A DNA stretch of 64,000 nt from Eledone cirrhosa. Taxonomy: Eukaryota. Where the stretch lies: positions 89,590,001 through 89,654,000 of the forward strand of contig OZ024741.1 of NCBI GenBank assembly GCA_964016885.1. Reading direction: 5' to 3'. The notes under the pieces are model-generated. The model ran no database searches, had not been told where the DNA came from, and was given only the letters and a program-made list of their open reading frames with translations. The position numbers and the translations under genes are program-made. Position 1 is the stretch's first letter. Each line of letters starts with the position of its first letter. Positions 1 to 13,520 of the stretch are shown here, piece after piece.

Positions 1-1291
1 CAAAGTTTCATCTGACTCATGCCTGCAGAGATAAATCAAAACAGAAAAACAATCTTTGCGTGATGGTGAGAGGATTAAAACTTTATTTATATTCATGTTG
101 CACTTTGTGGGCAGTAGTGTGGTTGATTGCAGATTTCCAATGAGCCAAATACTCCAATTTTTGATAGTGTTGGTAAAGAGGGATTGTTTGTGCAATATGG
201 AGTTAATATCACAAGGGACTGTGTTAGAAAGCATTGGTTTAATAGGTATCTCTACAAAAGTTATATACACAAATTGTAAGATTGTTGGTGATAAGGGCAT
301 CCAGCCATAGAAAACTTAAGGTTTGAGCAGACTCTTCAGCTAACCTCCCTGGTCTTAGTTTATATAATAAATGCACCCAGTGCACTCTGTAAAGTGGTTG
401 GTGCTAAAAGTTATCCTGCTGTAGAAAACCTGCTAAACAATGGGTTCAGAGGACTCTTCAGCTATATCAAAGACATGACAACATTTAGAGCTGGTACCAC
501 AATAAAAAGCACTTGGTAGTGCATGGGATTATATGTGAGTGGCAGGCCACTGGTACGTCAGCACTCATAGGGTGGAGAAACAAGTGAGATGCAGGTTCCC
601 TGTCCAACCCTTGCTAGTAAAGAAAGCAAATGTTAAACAATGATTATATGGTGCATTTTATTGTAACACTATGGAGATTGACATAACTGAACAGTTTTCT
701 TGACCCTTTGTTTGGCAAGATTTAGGAATAAGTTTAGAAAGTTTAGTCTTGTAAAGCAACTCAATATATAAAGTTGTGGGAGGTGTGGTATAATTAATTA
801 ATTGACCCATTTATCATCATGCTGGCAAGGGTTGGGTAATGAAGTCTTGCTCGTATGTTCTGTAAAAAAAAAATAACATCAATGGAAGTTAATGTTGAAA
901 TAATCTTTCATTCGGAGTCTTCTAGCCTGAAACTCCATTTTGCAGTCTAGTATAAATTCTTGCTTCCCTTAATTATTTTACAATTTATTTTCTTCTATAA
1001 CTGGAATGAGTTTTGTATATCAGTTATTACAGTACAGGTGTGTTTTTTTCACTCTATTTATAGGCAGAAAATTGACAGTTATTATATCTTCATTTTAAAT
1101 GCCTTGCAGGGCTTGTTCTGTCTCTGCTCTGAGTTCAACTTTGCCTTTCATCTTTTTGTTCAGGTGGGGTTGATTGAAAATGATTATTAGAGTATTGGAT
1201 ATGCCTTTCAGTATCTGTTCTTCTGTGTGTTCTGAGTTCAAATTATGCATCCTGTCACTGGATATGATAGGATTAGGGGCTCTATAATTAA

Positions 1292-1495
1292 CCCTTCAGC
1301 ATTTAAACTGGCCATATCCAGCCAGAATTCTCTCATCCCTTTCTATTCGAACCAACTACTCATACTGATGTTAAGGTATTGTTCTCAAAATAAATATCAA
1401 TCTCATAGATTTGATACTATGCGAGATAATTGTGAGGTAAAACCTTTACCATGAAAATATAATTGTATATATAGAGTAATGTAAATGCTAAAGGG
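1292..1495. mobile_element. piggyBac-like MITE
   Basis: TTAA on both sides (1288-1291, 1496-1499); terminal inverted repeats CCCTTCAGCATTTA / TAAATGCTAAAGGG. Confidence 0.7.
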
Positions 1496-1675
1496 TTAAA
1501 ACACCTAGGAGACCTATGAAAGGCAACCTCATAGGAGGCTACACAAGTGTCATGTAACAACTAACTATAGGTGTATATCATTTTTTTTTCAATTAGGTGG
1601 AGTGATATATTATTATCCAGGCACCTACAATATATTCAGTATAACAAAGTTATATTTATTTTCTTCTTCTTTCAG

Positions 1676-1894
1676 TTACAACGTAATATCTTGGCAACGT
1701 GTCCGCGGGTGACTCGGTTTAAGATCGACTGGGATGACAATCAAGACAGTGAGAATATTCCACCTATGCAGAATACAGATGCCGAATCCAATCAAATGTA
1801 CGATGAGAAGTCAAATGATGAACTCCTGAAACCTATGCCAGGTTTCCATGATGATAGTAATAGTATGAGAATGGAGGCTGAGATGGTGACATAA
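1676..1894 (+). CDS. Probable terminal coding exon of an unidentified gene entering from the left (LQRNILATCPRVTRFKIDW...EAEMVT*)
   Basis: Polypyrimidine tract ttcttcttctttcAG acceptor ending 1675, phase 0; open frame with protein-like composition and acidic C-terminal tail; TAA at 1892-1894. Confidence 0.65.
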   Translation, partial: LQRNILATCPRVTRFKIDWDDNQDSENIPPMQNTDAESNQMYDEKSNDELLKPMPGFHDDSNSMRMEAEMVT

Positions 1895-4140
1895 GTCTTT
1901 CTTCTTCTCCATCCTCATTATACTTCACCCTCCTCCATCCCTTTGCAGGTTTTATTTATTTATTTCCCTGCCTCCTTCAACTTCTCAAATCTTAAAAGTT
2001 CTTTCCAGTTCCATCTCTGTGCCAACTATTTTTGTGCCCACTTCATGCTCTTCACCTGAAAGTAATTGGTTTAGTTCAAGAACACTAGCTGCCTAATCAT
2101 TAAATATCCTAACATTTTCAACAGCATTGGTTCAAACATTCGTCTCTTCATAAAGTTGTTGATAGAGCTCAATCATAACTGCAAACAATAGCATCTCCCC
2201 CTCTCTCTCTAATATATATACACACACACATTGATTGATCAAGTGTTTATTGTTAATATAATGAACAAATTTGAGCAGTCTGCTATAACAAAGTGTCACT
2301 TAGATGCATCTTTCACTCACAATCATTTGTCTGGATTGTTCTTCACATCTCAATAATAGAATGGACTGTTAAAATGTATAAGTTGGTTAATAGATGAATC
2401 CTTTGACTAATTTGCTTGTGGCCCACATTGGAGCTGTTATATTACTCATCGTTTCATTAATTCCTTTTAAAAAAAAAAAAAAATATATATATATATAAAA
2501 TATATGAAGTGAGTTTGTTAGTGTTGGGGTTGTCTGACAATTTAAGTTTTCATGTTTAAATAATTTGTAACTTTCTTTGTGTCCTTTAAATATCAAATGC
2601 ACAATATACTCACACGACGTGTGTAGAAAAAATGTGAATATATCTGAACATTAATATATATGAAGGTCATGCCTTTTTATAAGTTCCACTGTGTTGTTGC
2701 TTGAAACATTGTAACATTTTAAGGTTGTTTTCCCCCTGCTAAAGCAGAAGTTAGTCATGTGGGCCTAATGATAGGCTTCATACTCATCATGGGGTCATTT
2801 TTGAGGCAATGTCTTGCAGCCAAGTTTCCTTCCTGGCACCAACCTTTTTAATTGCCTCTTACAGTGTGCAAAGATATGGTGTACCTATTCTAAACCAGAT
2901 ACGCGCACATAGTTTATGATCTATCTTTGGAGTGTGTGTATTATGGCCATCTTGTTAAAATATTGGCTTGACAATCACAAGTCTCCAGATTTAATCTCAT
3001 TCCACGGCAGTTGTCAACTCAAAGCTTCTAGGTGAGTAGGGAAGCTTGATGGATGCGCTGTACTAATGATCCAAAAGCCTGACCATGGTATTTACTGATT
3101 CTGTCTGAGTATTACATTAAAGTTACAAGTATCTGTGGAATACTCAGCCATGTCAGCTATATTTGTGTAAGTGGGTAGTTCCCTTGATTAAGCAAATGAA
3201 ACACTCAACCTAAGAGTTCTTGTTCATAAGAATGAGAAAGATTTCATCAATTGTTACATTTTTCTGTGTATGTTATCTGATGTACTTCATTTCATACAAA
3301 TCCCTCCGACGTCAGCTTAGCGTTTCATCCATTCGGAGTCGATAGAAAAAAAAGTACCATTCTTTCATTATATCTCAATTCCTTTCTCTCACTCTCTATT
3401 CTTCTCTGGAAGAAATCTGCTATACTCAAGTCTGTAGAGAGAATGGGCTCTGCCAGGCTTAAAAATACCCTAAGAAATGCTGTGTGTGGAACTCCCTGGC
3501 ATTATGGGTCTATACCATAGACACAGTAGGATACATTTGTCATATCTCAGTTCGTATATGGTAGGTTGTTATAAAATAAAATTTTGTGTAACTATTATCT
3601 CATAAGATAAGATTATATTGAATATATATTCATTAGCGATGTGATTTCTTTTAATGTTTATACTCGTTATTATAGTAGTAAGACTAGATTGGAAAGTTGT
3701 TGGAGCATCTACTTTGCCTTTCATCCTGAGATCAATAAACTAAAGCACCAGTAAAGTTGTTGGCCTTGTGCAAAAATTAGATAAGATATAATTACATAAA
3801 ATATTCATTAACAATGATTTCTTTTAAAGTTTGTGCCCATTATTTTAAATAAATAAATCATAAGTGAGGTGGTGGATTGGCAGAGTTGTTAGAGTGTCAA
3901 ATATGCTTAGCAGTATTTGTTTCAACACTTTACATTCTGAGTTCAAATCCTGCTGATGTCATCTTTCCCTTTAATCATTTGGAGGTTGATAAAATAAAGT
4001 ACTAGGTTCGATACATTCAACATTCTCTTTCCCACAAATTGTTGGCTTTGTGTCTAAATTAGAATGTTTCTACTTTTGGCACAAGGCCAGCAATTACCCA
4101 GTGTATTACTGGTACTTTATTTTATCGACCCTGTAAGGAT

Positions 4141-4331
4141 GGCGGTGGATTGGCAGTATTGCTAGAGGGTCGGACGCCATTATTTGACGCATAGTTACGG
4201 CCCTTTCCATTCTGAGTTCAAATCCTGCCATGGTTAACTTTGCCTTTCATCCTTAGGGGGGGGGGGGGTCGATAAAATAAAGTACCAGTAATGTACTGGG
4301 TAATTCTGGCCTTGTGCCAAAAGTAGAAACA
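4141..4331 (+). mobile_element. tRNA-derived SINE (Meta-domain-like family), young subfamily
   Basis: tRNA-like head with B-box GAGTTCAAATCC, then GCCTTTCATCC..GGGGTCGATAAAATAAAGTACCAGT core and GGCCTTGTGCCAAAAGTAGAAAC tail; near-identical copies elsewhere in the window. Confidence 0.8.
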
Positions 4332-7300
4332 ATTATATTAGTGATATCAACCTTACCTTTCACCTTCCAGGCTTGATAAAATAAAGTACCAGTCAAATTG
4401 TAGGTTGATATAATCGACTCTCCTTCCTCACAAATTGTAGGCTTTGTGCCTTGATTAGAAATCTTTATTATATTACTAATACTTATTTTATTGACCTTGT
4501 AACAAAGAAAAGCAGTTAAGTCTTGACTGGATTTGGACTTGTGTTGTGCTTTTTCTGGTTTGCGCCAATTTTCAAGATTGAGTATTTGTACAAATCATAC
4601 TATAGTCTTTGGCTGAGCAATACCTTGTTAGTGGAATTTGGTACAGAAACTGTGGAAGCTTGTGTGTGTGTGTCTCCTAGTGCATTTATGTTGGTATGGC
4701 TTGGTCCTGCATAAACAATATTTTGTTTCATACCTCAATGGTCTGACTTGTGTTGAGCCTTACTTGAAGGAAAGTAACAAAGGTTGGTATTTGGCTGTAG
4801 AATACTGCCTGAAATAAGTCTAGTCCAACCCATGCCAGCAGGGAAAACTAAATGTAAAAATAATGATGGTAATGATATACCTGCAGTAGCATTACTTGAT
4901 TGGTGTTCCATCAGACATGCAGCTCTTTAATTCATTGTAGCCATTACATCTAAGACTATGTTGGAGCACAGCCAAAGGATTATGTTTTATTTTCAGTTTT
5001 GTAAATTATAATTATTCACCTTGTTATTTGGTGTGTGTGTGTGTTTTTTTTTAACAATGGGAAATTTGTTGAGTGTGCATTATATATGTCTAAATTGTAG
5101 AATTGTCAGTCCCATATAAATATGAAACTATATTTTTAACCTTTTCATTACCATATTTCCAATGAAATACACTACCTATTTGTTTCAAGTAATTTTGAAA
5201 ATAACCAAATATTTGGAGGAATTTAATAAGTTATTCATTAATAAGCTGATATTTAGAAGACTTAAGAAAAATTTCTAAAATATGATTAAGATGAAAGGTT
5301 TTAATATAAGGATAAACTTTTTAAAAGCAATTTTGTATAATAAATCTCTTGAGTTTTTAATCTTTTTATTTTCTCTAATTTGTAAGTTAGCATCGAATAG
5401 AATGTTTTGCTGTATTTGTTCTCTGCTGGGGCCAATTTTACCTTTCCTCCTTTTAATATTAATAATAAAATGCCAGTTCAGTACTGGGGTCAATTTTTCT
5501 TCCCTCACTCTTCCCTCACTCTTCCCTCACTCTTTCCTTCTCTAGAAGAAATCTTCTGTGTTCAAACCTGGAGAGGAGATGAGTTGTGCCAGATTTTTAG
5601 GGTGATTGTTCCTGAACCTATTCAACTTTTAATTTCCTATCAACACCAGTTCTTGTGAACATAAAACAAAATCATGTTTGAAAAAACACCCTACTGTAAC
5701 TTGTAAAGAATGTGCTATCAACTAAGATATGTTTAATATACTAATTGACTTTCTATTAAATATGGTATTTTTAATCAGCAAATGTTTTTTACATCTGGAA
5801 ATTACAAAAGATCACCAATAACTAACACATTTTTATTTATTAAAAAAGATAATTTAACATGGGACCATGTCTATATGATTTTCTTTTCTTGAGGCAGGAG
5901 GCGCTCTTTTCGCAATAAAAAAAGGATGTTAATTTGATTTAGAACTAACTCCATTGGTGTTCAACTTAATTCACCTTATTTTGTGTGCACCAAATTAAAT
6001 ATTGCTGGGATAGGAGTGGGAAAGTGATTTTATTTGTAATTACTACTTCACAGAAGTAGAATTCATTTGGCAACCACCAACTGTTTGTGTGTATTTGTTT
6101 TTGATCTTGAAACGAAAATGTAACAAAGAATTCATTGAGCTGAAAATACTGTTAATATTTAATATATATATATATATATAAAGGAATGCACATGGGGAGA
6201 AAATGAGTAATGATATTGAATAAACAGCTTCAAATGAATAAATTCTATATATATTGAGTACCTTTTCTTGTTCATGTATCAGATGTGTGTTTGTAACTTA
6301 ACATCTGTAATTGTGCAGCCGTGTATCCCTTTTAAAAGTTATTGAATAAAAAGTGGAGTCTGTTTATATATCAGTCAGGTAAACTGGGGCAAGCAGAGTT
6401 GCGTCCCTTGCTGATTAAAGTAAGCGTGACGGTAGTAAGGTTTGAAATTGTGGTTATGATTCAGCCGTCTAGCACCTTAATATCACAACCATTATATATA
6501 AAAGGTGTAAAAGTTAAATAATGGCGTTTACAATACCAAAATGTTTTTATATTAGTGTTACTAGAGGCATCCAAATTTGGTGTTCATCATCAATTGACTT
6601 GTATATATCTCATATTTTCACAGTTATATATGTGAAGGCACGTCGTTTAATGTTTGGTTCATGATCGTATGATCGTGAATTCCATTCCTGGGCTTGGTAG
6701 CATGTCCTTGAGCCAGACACTATTTCATGTTGCTCCAGTCCATTCAGCTGGCAAAAATGATTTGTACATGTAAAACTAGAGGCCAGCTTTGTCACAGTGT
6801 TATGCTCAGTCTCCTTGAGAACCACATGAAGAGTGCGCATGTCTGGAATACTCGGCCACTTACACATTAATTTCATAAGCAGGCAAGTTCTTAGTGGTTA
6901 AGATGTGCTTATGATTATAGTGTTATGTGTTCGATTCCTGGACCAGGTGGTGCCTTGAGTTTTTTAGTAAAACACTTCATTTCATATTGCTTCTGTCTAT
7001 TCAATTAAAAATCACCAACAGCTGGGTGTTAACCTTGCGGTGAACTCATGTCCTGTGAAGAAGTACTGTACTCTGTCTTGTAACGCCAATAAAACTGAAA
7101 GAAACTCTGGGTTTGGGACGAATTTTAACTTTTATTATCAGGACTAATTTTAATGTTTTGCTTTTTCATCCTCTTTATTCATGTTTTTTGTTTCCTAAAA
7201 TTCATTCTCCGAGGTGGGATATGTATAAACTATTTTATTTCTGAAGCAGCTTTTAAATATTTGGTCTGATTGTAAGATTTAAAAAAAAATGTGGGGTGGG

Positions 7301-7442
7301 GGGTTTTCATTTCTGGTATATGAAACTTGTGCAAATAATAAGCAATAACGTCTACCTTGTCCTCTTAATCTTTCACACATACACACAAAATATTGAATAT
7401 ATTACAATTTGTCTGTGTGTTTATACAATATTATTTTTTTGT

Positions 7443-7618
7443 CGGCAGTATCGGTAGGTCGGACGCCATGCTTTGACGCATAGTGTTACGGCCCTTGCCA
7501 TTCTGAGTTCAAATCCCGCCGAGGTTAACTTTGCCTTTCATCCTTACAGGGTCGATAAAATAAAGTACCAGTAATACACTGGGTATTTGCTGGCCTTGTG
7601 CCAAAAAGTAGAAACAAT
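7443..7618 (+). mobile_element. tRNA-derived SINE (Meta-domain-like family)
   Basis: Same consensus as 4141, 39107, 49003 and 55284; approximate TSD attatt..tttgtc. Confidence 0.8.
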
Positions 7619-9499
7619 TATTTCTTTGTCACAAATAGTTGAAGTAATGAATAATCCTGACTTCTGAGACGGAGGTGAGGATTTTTTTTTTTTTTTCTTT
7701 TGTGAACCTAATCTCTCTGGTTCACTGTTGTGGCTTGTGTTTGTTATTGTGGACATTTATTTATGTAAAATATGTAAATAAAATTTTAAAAATTGTTGTT
7801 TTTTTCTTTCTTGTCTTATCTATTTTATTTATTTGTTTATTTTTTTTAATTATGCATACAAATAGCTTTCTTAAATTTCAGTTGTGTATGATATTGCTTA
7901 TATATAATGATGTTGCTACAATTATGTTGTGTACAAAACCACTACATTGTTAGTCTTATGGCTTTCACCTGTGCAGTTTTAACTGACTTCCTATGCAGTT
8001 ACTTCTTAGGTGTTTTGATTGTTGGGGCTCGAGTATTGTCTCACCATTTTTATGGAGATAGGAGGCAGGATTAGAACTCAGCAGATAGTTAGCTGCATCT
8101 ATCAGTATATGTTCTGACTCATCATTGGAGCACTTTGGTTGTCTCAAGATGCAGAAGTTTCTAAGTCTTAGAACCCCAAAATGTCCTGCAGTATGTTAGA
8201 CTAACAATTACACTAATGATGAGCTCTACTTTATCAACTCTGAAAAGATGTTGGAAAAAATACTGCAAAGCATTTAATTGCACATTCTAACAACTGCTAA
8301 TTAGCTACCTAAAAATACACTTGGTACACTCTGTGATTGGTGCTAGGAAGGTCATCCAGCCATAAGCTTGCCGAACAAAGGGGCAGAAGGGCACTTCAGT
8401 TGTGGCAAAGACATGACGGTTTCCTTAGTACTGGTGCTCTGATAAAATGCAGGAACATGTGAGATGCATTCCTCTCATCCCATTCCAGTGGTCAGTCGCT
8501 CTGCTTGTGTACTAATTTGGTCTGTGAAGACCTGCCCAACTCATGTTATCAGGGAAAATGAACATTAAATGATGTTCTATGGCTTCAAAACCTAAATTTG
8601 ACTGACTGACAAACTTTCACTAAATTAGCATTTTATATGGGTAAAGTTTGACTCTCGCAAAGGGATTCAGAATAAACTCCCAAAGTATTTGTGGGTAAAT
8701 TATATATATTTGTGTATAAGCTGGCCCCCCACCTTTATTTTATGTTTGAGAAAAGAGCAAAAATTGAAACCCTGTGTATAAGCTGATACAGCTAATCAAC
8801 ACATGTTTAGATGATATGGTTTTGTAAAGTAGAGAATGTTTTTATGAAGTTTTAATATTTCAATATCTAAAATGTTTTAAGTGAAGTATAGTTTTTGATT
8901 TACAACTCCATTACATAATGGTTTTTTACCATTTCATCCATTTTTATAAAGTTCATGTTTCTCAGACAACAATAGTACAACCTACTGAATATAACCGGTT
9001 TTTATTTTACATACAAATCAAATACAATTTATGCCATTAAATGTAAATTAAGCCTGAGTACTAATCATATTTTATAAAAATTCTTCTAAAATATAATAAA
9101 ACTGTTTCGTTGTAAAGCAATCACTCCAGATATTTTGGTGCCGTTTTTAAGTTGGTGAAAATTGGCAAAATATTAACCTCAAATAAAATCTCTCCTTCCC
9201 CACTGCCATTTATCAATTAAAAAAAATATTTGTTACATTTCTCAACTTATACAAGAATATGTATGCAGCAATGAGTTAACTAGTAGATAGGAAACAGCCC
9301 ATATATGTATATTTGCTAACCAATATAACCTACTTTATAGAGCCCTAAATATGTTGGTTGTTAGTGAACCATAACCCAAACCCACCATTTACAACAACCA
9401 ACTCTTGGAGTGTGAGTGTTCTTGTATGATGCACATAGCTAATTCTAAGAGAAGAGAATCAACTTCAGTACTTGGGTTCATCAATAATTTCCACCTTCA

Positions 9500-11290
9500 A
9501 CTTCCTAGATATTTGTCTCTCTCTTCCCCTTCCACCTCTCTACAAATTCTTCATTTCTACCTTGATTTTTCTTCTTCATATCTTACTTAACCAAATCTGT
9601 TATCTCCTTATAAATCTTTGCTTCTCTACGAGAGACCTTGCCTTTTTTTTTTTTTTTTAATAGCAAATTTTCTCTCATACATATACCCAACCTATCATGG
9701 ACGTAGCCCTCCGCCAGCTTGACCATATGCATTCATCCTCCTGGTTTCTCTTCCCCTTCATCTTTCACCCTATTACTTGACCATTTTAGCACAACCTTTT
9801 TTGCAACTGTTTTCCAACCTCCCTTCTATCCTTCAAAAAAGATGAAAATTGTCATGACCTAGTTGGGAGTTCCCTTGCTCTTAGACAACAGGTATGGCAT
9901 ATCTATGTACTTCCAGCTTTGGTGTCATATTTGTTCCTTTGTCTCTCATACACTTTTTTGTACTTGTCTGTCTTTTGTGCTGTTTGCTCTGTTGCATGTT
10001 TGGACTAGGTTCTTAACTAGTGAATATCACACCCTCTAATATCTACAAGCAAAGATCTTAGACCTAAGATATATTCCTCTCTGAAGACATATCTATAGTC
10101 CGCATTTGCTGTACATACTACACTTTACATAAACCTTGTTCTAAATGGTGGTGTCTGTGCATATATAGATTCCACTTGCCTAAATATCAGTAACAAAGAT
10201 CTCCATTTACTCTAACTCAAAGTCTCCCCTTGCCTGCTCTCTAAACCTTTCTGTTCTACTCTCCAACCTCCTTAAACCACAAATAAGTCTTCTGTTATAT
10301 TGCTTCCTCCTCTGAAGTTATCATTCTCCATGACTTCAATATTTCTTGGTTCTCACACATCCCAACTAGATGTCACCAGTGCAGAAATCAAACTTTTGCA
10401 ATCCTCAACTCTACTAGTTTCATTGCTTACACTGATCTCTGACTAACACACCAAACACCTCCAAATCTAACCTGAGACAAACTATCAGCACTTCTGCGCT
10501 TAAGTTGTTTGACCACTGCTGTATTGTGACTACCCACAACATATATTATGTATTGCCACCCCTTTCCCAACATTCAAGGTCACCTGACTGGGTGGAGCTC
10601 AGCTATATCCCAAACATAATGAAAACTCACATTCCAGAGTTTGTTCAGCTGCACAGCAGCAGCACCTGCAAACAACAGAACCTATAACTTTTGGGAGAAA
10701 ATCACACTCCTACAAACTGGACAGTTTTTACCTAGCACCACAATTGCTGCAAGGCCATCATTTAACGCCTGTTTTCCCTGCTGGACAGGTTGTTACAGAT
10801 CAAGCGACTACTTAACCGGAGCCACGAACTTGTCAGATGGGCCAGGAGTACATCTTTTTACACATACAATTCTGGGAAGTTTTCAGTGGCTAGATGCCCT
10901 TCCTATCACCTGAATCATTCAAAATATGAAGAATGCTTAGGTGCATTCAAATCTAGTCAAAAGGATATCTACTAACTTTGGAATAGTCCACTTAAACATG
11001 ATGGTTGTCTAAGCACATCTACAGAGAAAGCCTTCCCATTTGCATTCAACTACTCACAAAGGTAAAAAAAACACCTGACTTTGCCAATTATTGTTCTATT
11101 GAACTTTTAAAAGGTGATGAGGATTCATTAAGAACAAACTTCTCCAACACATTGAAGCTCTCTCCTTGTCTCTTGTCACTCACCAGTGTCATCTCATCCT
11201 CAAGAAAAGCATTTGTATGCTTTTTTGGCAAAACGAGTGGCAGTCTCCTCTCAAACAACACCTGCCGTGTGTTGGAGCTACTCAGGTGCT
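9500..11290 (+). mobile_element. Highly decayed non-LTR retrotransposon (CR1/L2/Jockey group), boundaries approximate
   Basis: C/T-rich segment with residual peptides GGVCAYI, FAILN and DFANYCSIELL (resembling NYRPI.LL); many stops and frameshifts. Confidence 0.4.
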
Positions 11291-11650
11291 TCAATATAGT
11301 TTTTAAGATTGTCTTGCTACTGAAAAGCTTATCTGTATAATTGAAAATATTTTTTAAATTCTGTTAATATCATACAAACAATGAAAAGGTACAAGAAGGC
11401 AGTCTCCCCCACCCCCTCCATTATTTTGTGAGTTTCTGTTAGAAACAGTACAATGAATTAAATAAAATATGGAAAAAAACAAATTACTTGAAATTACCAT
11501 TAAGAAAAAAAGAGACGCATGAGAATATAGTGTAAGCCAGGGAGGAATTGGGACTTATTGCAGGATTATTACTGCACGTGAGATATATATATGAACGGAC
11601 GTAAATCGGTGATGATATATATATCTATCATCACCGATTTACGTCCGTTT

Positions 11651-13520
11651 ATCATCATCATCATCATCATCAACGTTTAACGTCCGTGTTCCACGCTTGC
11701 ATGGGTTTGGACGGGGGTAGTCCCACTTGAGGCAAGAGTGATTGTCTTGCTCGCATAGGACTGTCTGGCGGGTTTTCTACAGTTGGATGCCCTTCCTAAC
11801 ACCAACCACATTTACAGTGTGGGTCTGGGAGGTTTTTACCGTGTTGCCTACACGGCCACATTACAGCGTGGACTGTGTGTTTTTTTGTCGTGACACCTAC
11901 ACGATCTCATTTGTTTCGGCCTATGGCGCGGCACCAACATAACATTACATAGAACGGGGTGGTGTGGATGGGGTAGGGGTGGTGGTGGTGGGACGGGGTG
12001 TATTTTGTTAGAGATGCCTACTGGTTGGAGTAGGTTTTACTATATATTTAGGTAAGGCGGGTCTTCTCTGTTACTGAGTACCGCCAAAGGTCTTGGTCCA
12101 GTGACATTGTCTTGGAGAGGTGTAAGTGTGTGATGTCGGAGTTTATCAGCTCGTCCCAGGTTTTTCTAGGTCTGCCTATTCCGTGACTACCGTCTATCTT
12201 TATTGCCCTGCACTTTGTTATACAGCTATCGACTTTCATGCGCATCACGTGTCCATACCAACGTAGCCTTCTCTCGAATAAACATCTGATCCCTCTTATC
12301 TCTAATTTTTTCCTTAGTTCGTTTATGCTTTGCCGTTCACGTATATTACTGTTACACATCCAGCGGAGCATGCAAGCTTCGTTCCTCTCTAGTCTGCGTA
12401 TATCCTCTGCACACAATGTCCAGGTCTCACTGCCATGCAGCATTGCTGTTCGTATGCAGGCATCGTACAACCTGCCTTTCATTTTTAGGGAGAACCCTTT
12501 AGCAGCTAATAGTGGTATAAGCTCTCTGAACTTTTTCCAACCAGTTCTGACTCTAGCTACAGTACTTTCAGAGCACCCTCCCCCACTGCTGATTTTATCG
12601 CCCAGGTAACGGAAGCTGTCCACTATTTCTATAGAACCCTCTGCGCAATTGAAAGAGCTAGTATTTTGTGGGCACTTGCTGCTACTTATTGCACCAGAAC
12701 ACCGGCCACATGTAAAATCTATGTTCTTAGTTAGCTTACCTGTGATCCCACTACATCTTTTATGCACCCATACTTTGCATTTAGGACATAAAATGGAGTT
12801 TCTACCTACGCCTTTCCTACACACCGAGCACGACCATTTCCCAGAAGGGACCGCCGCCTTGTTTTCTTTCCTACAAACTAGAACTTTGGTCTTAGCCAGG
12901 TTAATTTTAAGTCCTTTTGACTCTAGGCCGTGCTTCCATGTTTGGAATTTCTTCTCTAGCTCGGCCATTGATTCCGCTATGAGTGTCAGGTCGTCTGCGT
13001 ATAGGAGTTCCCATGGGCAGCCTGTCTTGAACTCCTCTGTTATAGCCTGAAGGGCAATAATAAATAGTAGGGGGCTGAGAACAGAGCCCTGATGGACGCC
13101 AACTTTTACGCTAAACTCTTCACTATATTCGTTGTTAATTCTAACCTTGCTGACTGTTTCTTTATACATGGCTTGTATAGCCCTCACAAGCCATTCGTCA
13201 ACGCCTAGTTTTCTAAGAGCCCACCAGATAATGGAGCGGGGGACTCTGTCAAAGGCTTTCTCCAAGTCGACAAAAGCTAAGTAGAGGGGTTTACCTTTAG
13301 CTAGGTACTTCTCCTGTAGTTGTCGTACTATGAAAAGAGCGTCTGTGGTACTTTTGCCTGACACAAACCCGAACTGCATTTCTTCTAGGTCGATTCTCTC
13401 TCTGATTAGTTGCGCTATTACTTTTTCCGTGACCTTCATGACCTGGTCAATTAATTTAATGCCTCTATAGTTACTCCTATCTAGGGCGTCTCCTTTACCC
13501 TTATAACAGTTAACGATTAT
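11651..13520 (-). mobile_element. 5'-truncated RTE-clade LINE with internal PHD-like finger, 3' UTR and (GAT)n tail
   Basis: Open frame from ~13520 to stop at 12048; 3' end CCCATGCAAGCGTGGAACACGGACGTTAAACGTT(GAT)n on the minus strand. Confidence 0.92.
12048..13520 (-). CDS. RTE LINE ORF fragment: reverse transcriptase + PHD-like Cys/His finger + C-terminal domain
   Basis: NYRGIKL, QFGF, FVDLEKAFDRV, GVHQGSVLSP, LLYADD, CSVC..CPKC..HKRC..CGRC, FRYLG, RLRWYGHVMR, GRPRKTW. Confidence 0.88.
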   Translation of the reverse strand: MIVNCYKGKGDALDRSNYRGIKLIDQVMKVTEKVIAQLIRERIDLEEMQFGFVSGKSTTDALFIVRQLQEKYLAKGKPLYLAFVDLEKAFDRVPRSIIWWALRKLGVDEWLVRAIQAMYKETVSKVRINNEYSEEFSVKVGVHQGSVLSPLLFIIALQAITEEFKTGCPWELLYADDLTLIAESMAELEKKFQTWKHGLESKGLKINLAKTKVLVCRKENKAAVPSGKWSCSVCRKGVGRNSILCPKCKVWVHKRCSGITGKLTKNIDFTCGRCSGAISSSKCPQNTSSFNCAEGSIEIVDSFRYLGDKISSGGGCSESTVARVRTGWKKFRELIPLLAAKGFSLKMKGRLYDACIRTAMLHGSETWTLCAEDIRRLERNEACMLRWMCNSNIRERQSINELRKKLEIRGIRCLFERRLRWYGHVMRMKVDSCITKCRAIKIDGSHGIGRPRKTWDELINSDITHLHLSKTMSLDQDLWRYSVTEKTRLT

